DNA of 64,000 nucleotides from Octopus vulgaris (taxonomy: Eukaryota): assembly GCA_951406725.2 (NCBI GenBank), contig OX597814.1, positions 218,860,001 to 218,924,000 on the forward strand, given 5' to 3'. The position numbers were made by a program, and so were the translations under genes. The notes beneath the pieces were generated by a model. That model worked only from the letters and a program-made list of their open reading frames with translations. It was not told the origin of the DNA and ran no database searches. This document shows, one piece after another, positions 1-10,951 of the stretch (its first letter is position 1; each line of letters opens with the position of its first letter).

Positions 1-690
1 AAGGTAAAGGTGATGCTTTAGATAGAAATAACTACAGGGGTATCAAATTGCTGGATCAGGTAATGAAGGTCACGGAGAGGGTCATAGCCCAACTAATTAG
101 GGAGAGAGTTAGACTAGATGAGATGCAGTTTGGTTTTCTACCAGGCAGAAGCAACACTGATACTATATTCCTTGTTAGGCAACTGTAGGAGAAATATCTA
201 GACAAAGATAAACCTCTGTACATGAATTTTGTTGACTTGGAGAAAGCCTTTGACAGAGTCCCCCGATCCCTTATCTGAGCAATGCAGAAACTGGGGATAG
301 ATGAGTGGTTGGTAAGAGCTGTACAGTGATGCTGTCAGTAAGGTGAAAGTTGGTAACAAGTATAGTGAAGAATTTCAGGTAGAAATAGGGGTTCCCCAAG
401 GATTAATCCTCAGCCCCCTCTTATTCATCATAGTCCTCCAGGCAGCAACAGAGGAATTCAAGACAGGCTACCCCAGAGAACTCCTCTATGCTGATGACCT
501 TGCTCTGATGGCTGAGTCACTGCCAGAACTAGAGACGAAATTTAGAGTGTGGAAACAAGGTCTAGAATTGAAGGGCCTTAGGGTTAACCTAGCAAAAGCC
601 AAAGTGAGTAATGTCAGTGTGCATAGATGACAGTGTAAGCGCCCTGAGAGAAAGGTTGGACATAAGAAGCATCAAATGCATTTTGCTCGT
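1..690 (+). mobile_element. RTE-clade LINE reverse transcriptase remnant (degenerate, truncated by the window edge)
   Basis: Translation gives KGKGDALDRNNYRGIKLLDQVMKV..EMQFGFLPGRSNTDTIF..FVDLEKAFDRVP..GVPQGLILSPLLF..LLYADDL..GLRVNLAK, with stops and frameshifts. Confidence 0.9.
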
Positions 691-721
691 ATATATATAT
701 ATATATATATATATAATCAAA

Positions 722-1440
722 TTTTATTACATCCAATAGAAATATTTTAAAAAATTTGAAAACTCTATTTGTGCAAAAATATTTAATGACAAAAAAATCA
801 AATTTGGATTTTCAGTATCTCCAAACTTACTTAGGATAATCTCTTCTTTATTAATAAGTAACCTGAGCAATTCTGTTATAATAAAACATCTTCTGATATA
901 CCTAGTAACTCCATAAATTCTGTACCTAATAATTGCAATTATCAGAATAACCAAAACACAATTACACCTAATCCATATAGACATAACAATATAATACCAC
1001 TAAGAATTCAAATTGTATTTCTAAAATCCCTAATACTTGTGAAGTAGATAGAAACTGTAAAATGAATGAAGTAGTATTCCAAGCAACAATTATTATCCAA
1101 AATCTCTCTAAATTTATTTACATTGGTTGTATGAAGAATTCTCTAAAATTAATAATTAATAATCATAAATCATCATTTAATGACCCTCGTAAAGAGAATT
1201 GCACAGGTCTATCCAAAACCGTTTGGCAACTCAAAAGAAGCAATATAGATTACTCAATCTTTTGGAAAATACTATCTTCAGCGCCATCTTATAGACATAA
1301 TAACAAAATTTGTAAATTATGCCTGGAAGAGAATTATAAAATAATAATAATGAATGGTTCCCTTGTAAATTCTAGAGATGAAAAGGTTTTTCATGTAGAC
1401 ATATGTCAAAATACCTTTTTATTTATTTTAAATAATATCC
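722..1440 (+). mobile_element. Penelope-like element remnant: Cys-rich linker plus GIY-YIG endonuclease
   Basis: NSNCISKIPNTCEVDRNC..VVFQA followed by ORF 1062-1499 (IYIGC..NHKSSF..TGLSKTVWQLK..YSIFWKIL..CKLCLEE..LVNSRDE) matches the Penelope GIY-YIG pattern. The AT-rich tract to ~3830, with diverged direct repeats at 2164-2260 and 2378-2478, may be its 3' region. Confidence 0.8.
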
Positions 1441-1524
1441 CCACCCACCTAAACTCTTATATTTTTCCTTCTCTTTCTAAAAAAAATTTTTTTTTGTAAT
1501 AATACCTCTCTCTATATACTATCC

Positions 1525-1909
1525 GTGGAGACGCAATGGCCCAATGGTTAGGGCAGCAGACTCGCGGTCGTAGGATCGTGGTTTCGATTCCCAGACCGGG
1601 CGTTGTGAGTGTTTATTGAGCGAAAACACCCAAAAGCTCCACGATGCTCCGGCAGGGGATGGTGGTGATCCCTGCTGTACTCTTTCACCACAACTTTCTC
1701 TCACTCTTTCTTCCTGTTTCTGTTGTACCTGTATTTCAAAGGGTCAGCCTTGTCACACTCTGTGTCACGCTGAATATCCCCGAGAACTACATTAAGGGTA
1801 CACATGTCTGTGGAATACTCAGCCACTTACACATTAATTCCACGAGCAGGCTGTTCCGTTGATCGTATCAGCTGGGACCCTCATCGTCGTAACCGACGGA
1901 GTGCTCCTA
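1525..1909 (+). mobile_element. tRNA-derived SINE family A (~385 bp)
   Basis: A box tggcccaatgg and B box gtttcgattcc. Near-identical to the copies at 7585, 47033, 56030 and 57293. Imperfect TSD atatactatcc/atatactaacc. Confidence 0.9.
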
Positions 1910-2477
1910 ATATACTAACCTTCTCTATCATATGAGATTATTATTTTATTATAATACTCTGTATATCATTTCATCTTATACTATATTCATTACTTATCCA
2001 TCTCCTCTTATAAATACATGACCCACATTATATTGATCTGACATCCCTGCTCAATCTCTATAAACCCTCTTTTCTCTCAATTATATTTCTAGATCTTCCC
2101 TCAAGATATATATACCTTCCTTATCTGTAATTTATTTTTTCTTTTGCATAATATGTACTGAAGTACACCCCTCTCTTACCTATTCCAATTATTTTCATTA
2201 TTTAATCTTAATTACCAATTGCCTATCTTAATTACTTCCTACAACTGATATCTGCAAACACTTATAAATACTTCTTGGTCTCCAGTTTTGCCCATATATA
2301 TTTTTGTATTTATGTTTTCCCTTTCTTTTTTCCTTCTTCTTGGTAATCTATTCCATTTGTATAATATGCACTTTAAATCACACCTCTCTTAACTATTCTA
2401 ATTTTATTATTGTTTAAGGTTACTTGCCAAACTTGCATGATATTTAATCACATCTTACAGCTGATATATGCTTACAC

Positions 2478-2946
2478 ATCATCATCATCATCATCATCGT
2501 TTAACGACCGTTCTCCATGCTAGCATGGGTTGGACGGTTCGACTGGGGATCTGGGAAGCCAGGAGGCTGCACCAGGCTCCGGTCTTATCTGGCAATGTTT
2601 CTACAGCTGGATGCCCTTCCTAACGCCAACCACTCCGTAAGTGTAGTGGGTGCTTTTTACATGCCACCTGCACTGGTGCCAGGCGAGGCTGGCATTGGCC
2701 ATGGTCAGATTGGTGCATTTTATGGAAGCCAGTCAAGGCGGCACTGGCTTCGGCTATGATTCGGATGGTGCTTTTTACGTGCCACCAACACGGAAGCCAG
2801 TCGAGGCGGCGCTGGCATCAGCCACAATTCGGATGGTGCATTTTATGGAAGCCAGTCGAGGCGGCACTGGCTTCGGCTACGATTCGGATGGTGCTTTTTA
2901 CGTGCCACCGACACGGAAGCCAGTTGAGGCGGCGCTGGCATCGGCC
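2478..2946 (-). mobile_element. 5'-truncated RTE 3' end with (GAT)n tail and internal repeats
   Basis: (cat)n-cgtttaacg..gctagcatgggttggacgg..ggatgcccttcctaacgccaacc core is shared by more than 10 copies in the window. Confidence 0.8.
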
Positions 2947-3843
2947 AAATAATTAGTACTTATAGATACCGTTTTCTTTTTTTTGCACCCTTTACTCTAT
3001 AGATAAAAAAATTTTTTCTTTCACATTCACAATTCTCTGTAACCTTAAATCAGACAATCATTATTATAGACTTCCCACTTCTTTTATGCAATACTAGATT
3101 CTCAACTCTTATTCTATCTTTTTATTAGTTATACAAAAACATAGTCACCCTACTAAATACCGATAATTATATATTTTTTTTTTAAAACCATCCTTATGAC
3201 TTTGTCTCAGCTTTATCTCCTCTATATTGTTTATCTCTTTCTTTTTCAAACACCTTACATTTTCATTATCCTGAAAGGGTTTATTCAATATTTTTAGCCA
3301 CAGCAAGTATTTACTTTCTTAATTTCTGTAATATTAACAATTATACTTCTATTTTTATTTGTTTATCTTATATTTAATTCACACAAATTAATGTTTTTAC
3401 ACATAAATAAATTTTTCTTCCGTTATATATAGATTTTCTCTAATTAACTCCGTTTGTTTTGTTTGCATTTAAGTAGCCTAATGAAAACTATATTAACTCG
3501 TTTACATTTCTTTATTCTTGCACAAAATTTCTTTTTTCTCAAAAAATTACTTCTTTAAATATACACTATACCTTATATTACTTATATAAATTATAACTGT
3601 CAAGACATAAACTGATTCAAATATAACTATGCTATCCCATTGGACATCTCTATCTCACGTCTTGTTAAATATGTTATTTGGAGTGTATTTTATTTAAATT
3701 CTTATTTTTATATAGAGGGAATGTTTCTTAAATATCTTTCACTTATATTTTCAAATTACCGATAGCCACATCACTCTTAATTCATTCACAACTAGACAAA
3801 ACAATACCTTTTTTTTTTTTTTTGAGTATACTCATTATCTTCC

Positions 3844-4338
3844 GTGGGTATATGATGTAGTGGTTAAGAATGCAGGCTAGTAACACCAAGATTCCGAGTT
3901 TGATTCCAGGCAGTGACCTGAATAATAATAATAATGATAATGATAATAATAATCATCATCATCATCGTTTAACGTCCGTTCTCCATGCTAGCATGGGTTG
4001 GGCGGTTCGACCGGGGATCTGGGAAGCCAGAAGGCTACCCCAGGCTCCGGTCTTATCTGGCAATGTTTCTACGGCTGGATGCTCTTCCTAACGCCAACCA
4101 CTCCGTGAGTGTAGTGGGTGCTTTTTACGTGCCACCTGCAATAATAAAAATAATAATAATAATAACATCGAAAAATATCTTAGGGATGAGAACCCAGGTT
4201 CGAAATTTCCCCAAGACACCTGATGAAGGCTGGAGGGTATATCAGCTGAAATGTTGTGTTAACAACAAACAAGATGAGGACAAATATCCGTCAAATGTAA
4301 ATAATGTACATAATTCCTCATCTCTTAAATATAGAACT
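3844..4338 (+). mobile_element. tRNA-headed SINE-like element with (AAT)n spacer and hammerhead-bearing tail, interrupted by an RTE 3' fragment (3953-4140)
   Basis: Head 3844-3920 has A box tgatgtagtgg, a ctagtaa anticodon-like loop and B box gagtttgattcc. (aat)n lies on both sides of the insertion. The tail contains ctgatga..gaaa. Confidence 0.7.
4215..4260 (+). ncRNA. Minimal type I hammerhead ribozyme (degenerate copy)
   Basis: Stem I gacac/gtgtt, core ctgatga (4220-4226), stem II ggctg-gagggtatat-cagct, gaaa (4248-4251), then tgtt. The gaaatgtt is one CpG transition from the palindromic gaaacgtt typical of Penelope minimal hammerheads. Confidence 0.65.
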
Positions 4339-4361
4339 GTAAATATATATATAATGTAAAC

Positions 4362-4527
4362 ATAGGCGCAGGAGTGGCTGTGTGGTAAGTAGCTTGCTTA
4401 CCAACCACATGGTTCTGGGTTTAGTCCCACTGCGTGGCACCTTGGGCAAGTGTCTTCTACTATAGCCTCGGGCTGACCAAGTCCTTGTGAGTGGATTTGG
4501 TAGACGGAAACTGAAAGAAGCCTGTCG

Positions 4528-4560
<33 letters not shown>

Positions 4561-4778
4561 ATATGCGTGTGTATATGTTTGTGTCTGTGTTTGTCCCCAC
4601 AACATCGCTTGATAACCGATGCTGGTGTGTTTATGTTCCTGTAACTTAGCGGTTCGGCAAAAGGAACCGATAGAATAAGTGCTAGGCTTACAAAGAATAA
4701 GTCTTGTGGTCGATTTGCTCGACTAAAAGCGGTGCTCCAGCATGGCCACAGTCACATGACTGAAACAAGTAAAAGAGT
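4362..4778 (+). mobile_element. tRNA-derived SINE family B (~420 bp, internal (TA)n/(TG)n microsatellite)
   Basis: Head ggagtggctgtgtggtaag..gggttcagtccc, central ccttgggcaagtgtcttc, tail gaaacaagtaaaagag. More than 12 copies in the window. Confidence 0.9.
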
Positions 4779-5029
4779 ATATATATGTATATATATATAA
4801 TGTATACATATATTCTTTTATTCATTTCAGTCATTTGATTGCAGCCATGCTGGAGCACCACCTTTAGTTGAACAAATTGACCCCAGGACTTATTCTTTGT
4901 AAGCCTAGTACTTATTTTATCAGTCTCTTTTGCCGAACCGCTAAATTATGGGGACATGTTGAAACAATTGGGCATAACACAGCAGAATGTCCAACGGCCC
5001 AATAAAGGTTGGACAATGTGTCAGTGAGC

Positions 5030-5604
5030 TCTCTTTTACTCTTTTACTTGTTTCAGTCATTTGACTGCAGCCATGCTGGAGCACCGCCTTTAATCGAGCA
5101 ACTCGACCCTGGGACTTATTCTTTTGTAAGCCCAGTACTTATTCTATCGGTCTCTTTTGCCGAACTGCTAAGTGACAGGGACGTAAACACACCAGCATCG
5201 GTTGTCAAGCAATGTTGGGGGGACAAACACAGACACACAAACATACACATATATATATTAGAAATATTGAATTTCTAAATGTCTCAAAGAGACATGAGCG
5301 GTGGTGGAGAGAGAGAGAGAGTGGTTGCATACTGTCAACATAACATGACAGTCCCATAAATGGAATTACACCACCACTATTTAGCCCTAGGTAGCGTCGA
5401 CACTTCCTGTCGGCTTTGACACATTTCCTGTGTCCTTATATTTGCTAGGACTAGCTGTTGGGGGTGTTTGTCTCCCCTTCGCAAATATAAGAACAGAGGA
5501 AATGTTTCAAAGCCGACAGGAAACGTCGGTGCTTCCTAGGGCTAAACAGCGGTGGTGTAATTCCCTTTACGGGACTGTCACGTTATGTTGACAGTATACA
5601 ACCA

Positions 5605-5699
<95 letters not shown>

Positions 5700-5850
5700 G
5701 CTTCTTTCAGTTTCCATCAACCAAATCCACTCACAAGGCTTTGGTCGGCCTGAGGCTGTAGTAGAAGACAGTCACCCTTAGTTCCACGCAGTGGGACTGA
5801 ACCCGGAACCATGTGGTTCATAAGCAAGCTACTTATTGCACAGCCACTAT
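5030..5850 (-). mobile_element. SINE family B copy split at its (TA)n tract by a fold-back insertion
   Basis: 3' half at 5030-5258 and 5' half at 5636-5850 are colinear with the consensus. Confidence 0.85.
5308..5620. repeat. Long imperfect palindrome (fold-back/MITE-like)
   Basis: Arms 5321-5445 and 5481-5605 are reverse complements with 14 mismatches and a ~35-nt loop. They are extended outward by (GA)n and (TC)n. Confidence 0.9.
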
Positions 5851-6620
5851 ACATTATATATATATAATGTTCTCAGCTCTGAACTATCTTTTCTGGTTTT
5901 CTCTCCTTGCATCTCTGCTTGACTTTGTTGTCGTGAATCTTGCATGCATGAAGTGGATTCGATCCACCATAGCCAAATTTCAAGTAACAGTTCAACAGAA
6001 CTCTTCTCACGGAGGTACAATAGTTTTTTTTCTGTGACAACAGTTTTACATTTGCCAGATGCCTTGGCTAGGCCGAAATAATGTCTTCATCACTTGACCC
6101 TTCTAACCTCTTCTACTTCACTAAAAGCTAGAATTAAGATATCACAGGCTACCAACTAAATCTATTGTTCTCAACGGTATGTCTATCCTGCTGGATAGTT
6201 ATAAAAACAAGAACCCCCAAGCAAAAATCAGTTAGTGACAACTGAGTTAGTCAGCTCATGACCACTCAATCAATTAGTTAATGAATGACAAACTTGAGTC
6301 AGAGACAACTACTATCAGTTAGGGAACAGAACACTAGAATCATGGTCACAAGCAGGTGGCTAACTAAAGAGAAATGGTCAGAGGGAGAAATGAAGTTTAC
6401 AATCAGCAACTATGAAACAATTTCCCACACTCTCTCTTACAACATCACACTATTTCTATCTGTAATTACTACTACACAATGACAAGAAAACAAACAAAGC
6501 TATACAAGGAAAATCTACAACACCTATCGATACTTCGCATGCTTTTGGATTTTATCACCTGCCCGTTGAGGCAAGGTACATACAATGTAACGATAAATAA
6601 ATATTTTCTTCCCAACTTCA

Positions 6621-6956
6621 ATCATCATCATCATCATCATCGTTTAACGTCCGTTCTCCATGCTAGCATGGGTTGGACGGTTCGACCTGGGGATCTGGGA
6701 AGCCAGAAGGCTGCACCAGGCTCCGGTCTTATCTGGCAAAGTTTCTACAGCTGGATGCCCTTCCTAACGCCAACCACTCCGTGAGTGTAGTGGGTGCTTT
6801 TTACGTGCCACCTGCACTGGTGCCAGGCGAGGCTGGCATCGGCCACGGTCGGATTGGTGCATTTTATGGAAGCCAGTCAAGGCAGCACTGGCTTCGGCTA
6901 CGATTCGGATGGTGCTTTTTACGTGCTACCGACACGGAAGCCAGTCGAGGCGGCAT
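6621..6956 (-). mobile_element. RTE 3' end with (GAT)n tail
   Basis: Near-identical to 2478-2946. Confidence 0.8.
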
Positions 6957-7380
6957 ATCACTTACATAATGGCATATCACTTTACATAATGGCAATCAAC
7001 GAAAATCCAATCCTTACAGATATATTACAGTCATCCTGCTGAGTATCAACTATCATTTATTGTATTATTGTTTACTAATTAGCCCAACCGTTCCATTGTT
7101 GTCATGGGTTACCTTGAGGAAGGCCTTCCACTCGTAGGTCTTGTTTGTTTTGAACTTCCATCAAAGTTTCTGAAACTTTGCTTTTTCTAGCTTGGGGTGT
7201 TTGCCATACATAGACTCATTTTTACTTCTGAGAAGAAGTGGTCCGTGTTAGTCTAGCCTCCATTCTTTGACCTTATCAAGCATGGGAGGTTCTTCAGCAG
7301 CTTGTACCTGAAGGGTTAAGCTTAATACTTGTTGTAAAGCGATCTTTTGCCGCTGTTGTATGTCTTTTGACAACAGATAT

Positions 7381-8038
7381 TGTTATATTCCGAAGTCGTC
7401 AACAGAATGGTTCTATCTGGCACTACGACCCCCCCTCCCAGTCGTATAGTGTTATTATCCTCAAAAGACTGGATCGTTATAACGTCCACTCAGTATCACA
7501 GTATAATTACTACATCAGCACAGACACGACTATCAACACAGTTTACATGCCCTTCTGACTTTCTTGACCAGTTACTGGTCTATTGTGGAGGCGCAATGGC
7601 CCAGTGGTTAGGGCAGCGGACTCGCGGTCATAGGATCTCGGTTTCAATTCCCAGACCGGGCGTTGTGAGTGTTTATTGAGCGAAAACACCTAAAGCTCCA
7701 CGAGGCTCCGGCAGGGGATGGTGGTGATCCCTGCTGTACTCTTTCACAACTTTCTCTCACTCTTACTTCCTGTTTCTGTTGTACCTGTATTTCAAGGGGC
7801 CAGCCTTGTCACTCTCTGTGTCACGCTGAATATCCCCGAGAACTACGTTAAGGGTACATGTGTCTGTGGAGTGCTCAGCCACTTACACGTTAATTTCACG
7901 AGCAGGCTGTTCCGTTGATTCGGATCAACCGGAACCCTCGTCGTCGTAACCAACGGAGTGCTTCCACTGGTCTATTTATAATGGCTGGCTTCTACTACTT
8001 TTACCGGGGGGCACGGTGTATAGTGTCACTATACAACA
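7381..8038 (-). mobile_element. 3' LTR of a Gypsy element (contains a SINE insertion)
   Basis: TG..CA termini (tgttatat / atacaaca). A polypurine tract taaaaggggtga abuts it on the - strand (8039-8050), directly downstream of the integrase. Confidence 0.7.
7585..7965 (+). mobile_element. SINE family A
   Basis: Perfect 11-bp TSD actggtctatt at 7574-7584 and 7966-7976. Confidence 0.92.
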
Positions 8039-8049
8039 TCACCCCTTTT

Positions 8050-10000
8050 AATTTTTTTTTCTAACAATCAATTTCATTTATTCACCCTATCTCCTCTTTT
8101 TCCCTTTAAAACTCAATGTCTTTTCTTAGGTTCTACTTTTAGGAATTCATTGTTCCTCCTTTTCCTTATACATGTGGTTTCGACTTGTAATGGTGTTGGA
8201 ACCTGAAAAATGTCATTTAGCCAATCCATCAGTATTTCTACTCTTGTTGGCCCCTTTTCTATGACTTTCTTGAAGCTGATTTCTAGGTTTCCTTTCCATT
8301 CCATTTCTGCTTCTTACATCTTTCTTCCTAAATATCTTACAATTTCTTCTCCCCAGTGTTGATTACCATTTTTGTACATTCTAACATATATACCTTACCA
8401 CTGATTGTATAGAATTTTGGCATGTTTTTACTAGCACCTATTTTTTCTGTCACTGGTAACAGTTTATCAAACACTGACTTCACTTTTCTGGCAAATATTT
8501 ATTCTGCTGGTGAACTTCCTTCTGGTGCATTTGGGTTTGGAGTTGCCCTGTATACTCTTAAGAATTGTTGGATTGTGACCTCGTCTGTGGCTTCCTTATT
8601 AGCTCCTTTAACCCTTTGGCATTCAGATTACTCTGTCAAATGTAAAGCCTGTATAACTACATTATTTTAAATTAATTGTACAGCATCTTGGAACTCTGAG
8701 ATTTTGATGATGTCCCTGTTTATTTTTAGAAAGACTTTGTAGGGTAAGTGTGAGAGGTCAGAGCTGGCTGGTTTGAGCATATAACAGGAAGACAATTTTG
8801 GCCTGATATGGCCGGTTTAAACACTAAAGGGTTAAAGCCCTCTTAAAATTGTCCACAAGCCATTCGGCCCTTCCATTTGATCTAGGATGGTGCTATAGTT
8901 TAATGTTCTAATGTGTTCCGTTACCAGAGACAATTATATCCGGTACACCAAATCTTGCAAACAGCTCTTGTAAGAAGTTTATAGCAGTATATGAGGTTGG
9001 TCGTTTATGCCTTGCAATCTCAGGCTATTCTGTGTAGCTGTCCACTACTATTAATAATACCTATTTACTAGGCCTGCAAAATCGATATGCAATCGGAACC
9101 ATGGTATTTTCACTTCCAGCCAAGGTTCACATTTTGTAGTTTTGCTACCAGTGCACATCCTCTGCAGCCTTTTACCAAGTTTTCAACTTCTTTGTCCATG
9201 CTTGGTCAGTATACGAAACTTCACATCAGCCTTTTCATTATAGAGATGCCTGGATGTCCCACATGAAACTCTTTTAGCATTCTCTTCTGTGATGTCTGTG
9301 GTATAACCACCCTCTGAGCATGCATTAGTGCACCATTACATATAGAGCACACATTCACATCTTGGCGGTTCTTTGCATCAAACCTTTCTTCATTTCCTTT
9401 TGTCGACCAGTTTTCACATTAATAAATTTGTCATTTCTCGCATTTCTTTTATTTCTTCCAAAGTTACTGGTACTTCACGCATGATGTCCCACATTACCTT
9501 TTTTTTGTTTCAGTTCATGAACCTCGTTTGATCATTTGACTGCTCTGTTTACACTATTGCACAAAGCTCTTATGGGTGAATCCCATAAATTAAATTTCTC
9601 CATACATTTGGTGCCAAATAAATTCATGGATTTTTTTAACAGATAAACATTCACTTTTGGGGTTCAACCTGTGAACATTATATGACAAATGTGTTCGCCC
9701 ATGAAATATAATTTTTTGCCCATAACACTGTATGCTATTTTGTTTGAACTACATTAATTTTAGTCTACCCATTTGTTCCCATGATTTCTCGTTTATGATT
9801 GTGATATCACTTGCATTCTAACACTAGTGTTTTCAATTCTCACATTCACAAATTTTCTGTTTGTTATAGTTGCAACTTTTCCTGCTGACAAACTATTTAT
9901 TTTCTCTTGTTTGTTTCAATTTCAGTAAATTGATATTCCTATCCAAAGAACCATTCACTTCTTAGTTTGCATAATGCTACTAAATTTATAGATAAATACC
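8050..10000 (-). mobile_element. Gypsy LTR-retrotransposon pol remnant (integrase plus protease-adjacent region; RT/RNase H not found)
   Basis: The minus strand reads RVVIPQ..MLKEFHVGHPGIS..VKGCRGC (HHCC zinc finger), PWFRLHIDFAG..VVDSY..ELFARFGVPDIIVSGNG..HPRSNGRAE..FLRVYRATPNP..SPAE. Multiple stops. Confidence 0.85.
8612..8831 (-). mobile_element. piggyBac-type MITE (~220 bp) inserted in the Gypsy integrase
   Basis: TTAA-CCCTTT..AAAGGG-TTAA termini. The integrase reading continues on both sides. Confidence 0.85.
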
Positions 10001-10761
10001 AGTTTTATAATATTTTTTATACTTACATGGGCGTTAGCACATTGTCTCACACTTCAGTTTGAAAGAGTTGTGAGATAAGTGCAAGGAAAAAAATCTGTTT
10101 GATAATGCTTAATGAAACTTAATTGAAGATGTGTGAAGTTTAGATTTTGCTTGAATAGGTGGTATTTAATATTTCAGTCTTTCACTTCTTTATCAAAATA
10201 TTCTCAAAGCTTTCATCATCTAGAATCCTTTTTTTTTTTTATCTTTTTGTTCCATCTTCCTAAATTGTAATTGATTATCATTCTGATTCATTAATTTTCA
10301 CATTAAACAGTTGTTTTTTTTTATGAGGGAGAAAAATAAAACAGAAGTAGGTAAAATTAAGAGATGTAAAACTATTACAATGAGCAATTAGCACTATTTT
10401 CTATTTTAAGCATTCCTTGTTCTATCAAAACAACCTGGGTACATTCTAAATGTTTTCCTTGTATTTCTTTTGTTTGTCCAAAACAAAAGAACAAATGACT
10501 CTTAACGTTCACACTTTCTTTTTCAAATTCTGGTAGGAAAAATATAAACCCATTTTTCCCAACAAGGCCTTTTATTTCTAGGAATGTAACATAAATTGAA
10601 ACCAAATACCCTGTTGTAAGTAGTTTGAAGTAAATAATTGGTATTTCTTTGATGTTAATTATTTAGTTTTCTTGTTATTTGCTAAAAAGGAAGTGGTCAG
10701 ATTAAAGTATATAAATACGAAATAAAGTAGTTAGTTTTCTCATATATCATGGCATATATCA

Positions 10762-10951
10762 TGCGTAGCCGTATTTCGTCTGCCGCAACTTTCTGAGTTC
10801 AAATTCCGCCAAGGTCGACTTTGCCTTTCATCCTTTCGGGTCGATAAATAAAGTACCAGTTACGCACTGGAGTCGGTGTAATCGACTTAATCCCTTTGTC
10901 TGTCCTTGTTTGTCTCCTCTGTGTTTAGCCCCTTGTGGGTAGTAAAGAAAT
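10762..10951 (+). mobile_element. SINE family C (5'-truncated)
   Basis: B box gagttcaaattcc followed by gtcgactttgcctttcatcctttcggg..aagtaccag. Flanked by duplicated catatatcatggcat. Confidence 0.85.

Noticed and set aside
7070-7380. Possible coding remnant next to the Gypsy LTR
   Set aside because: Only a vague resemblance to a retroelement C-terminus, too degenerate to assign.
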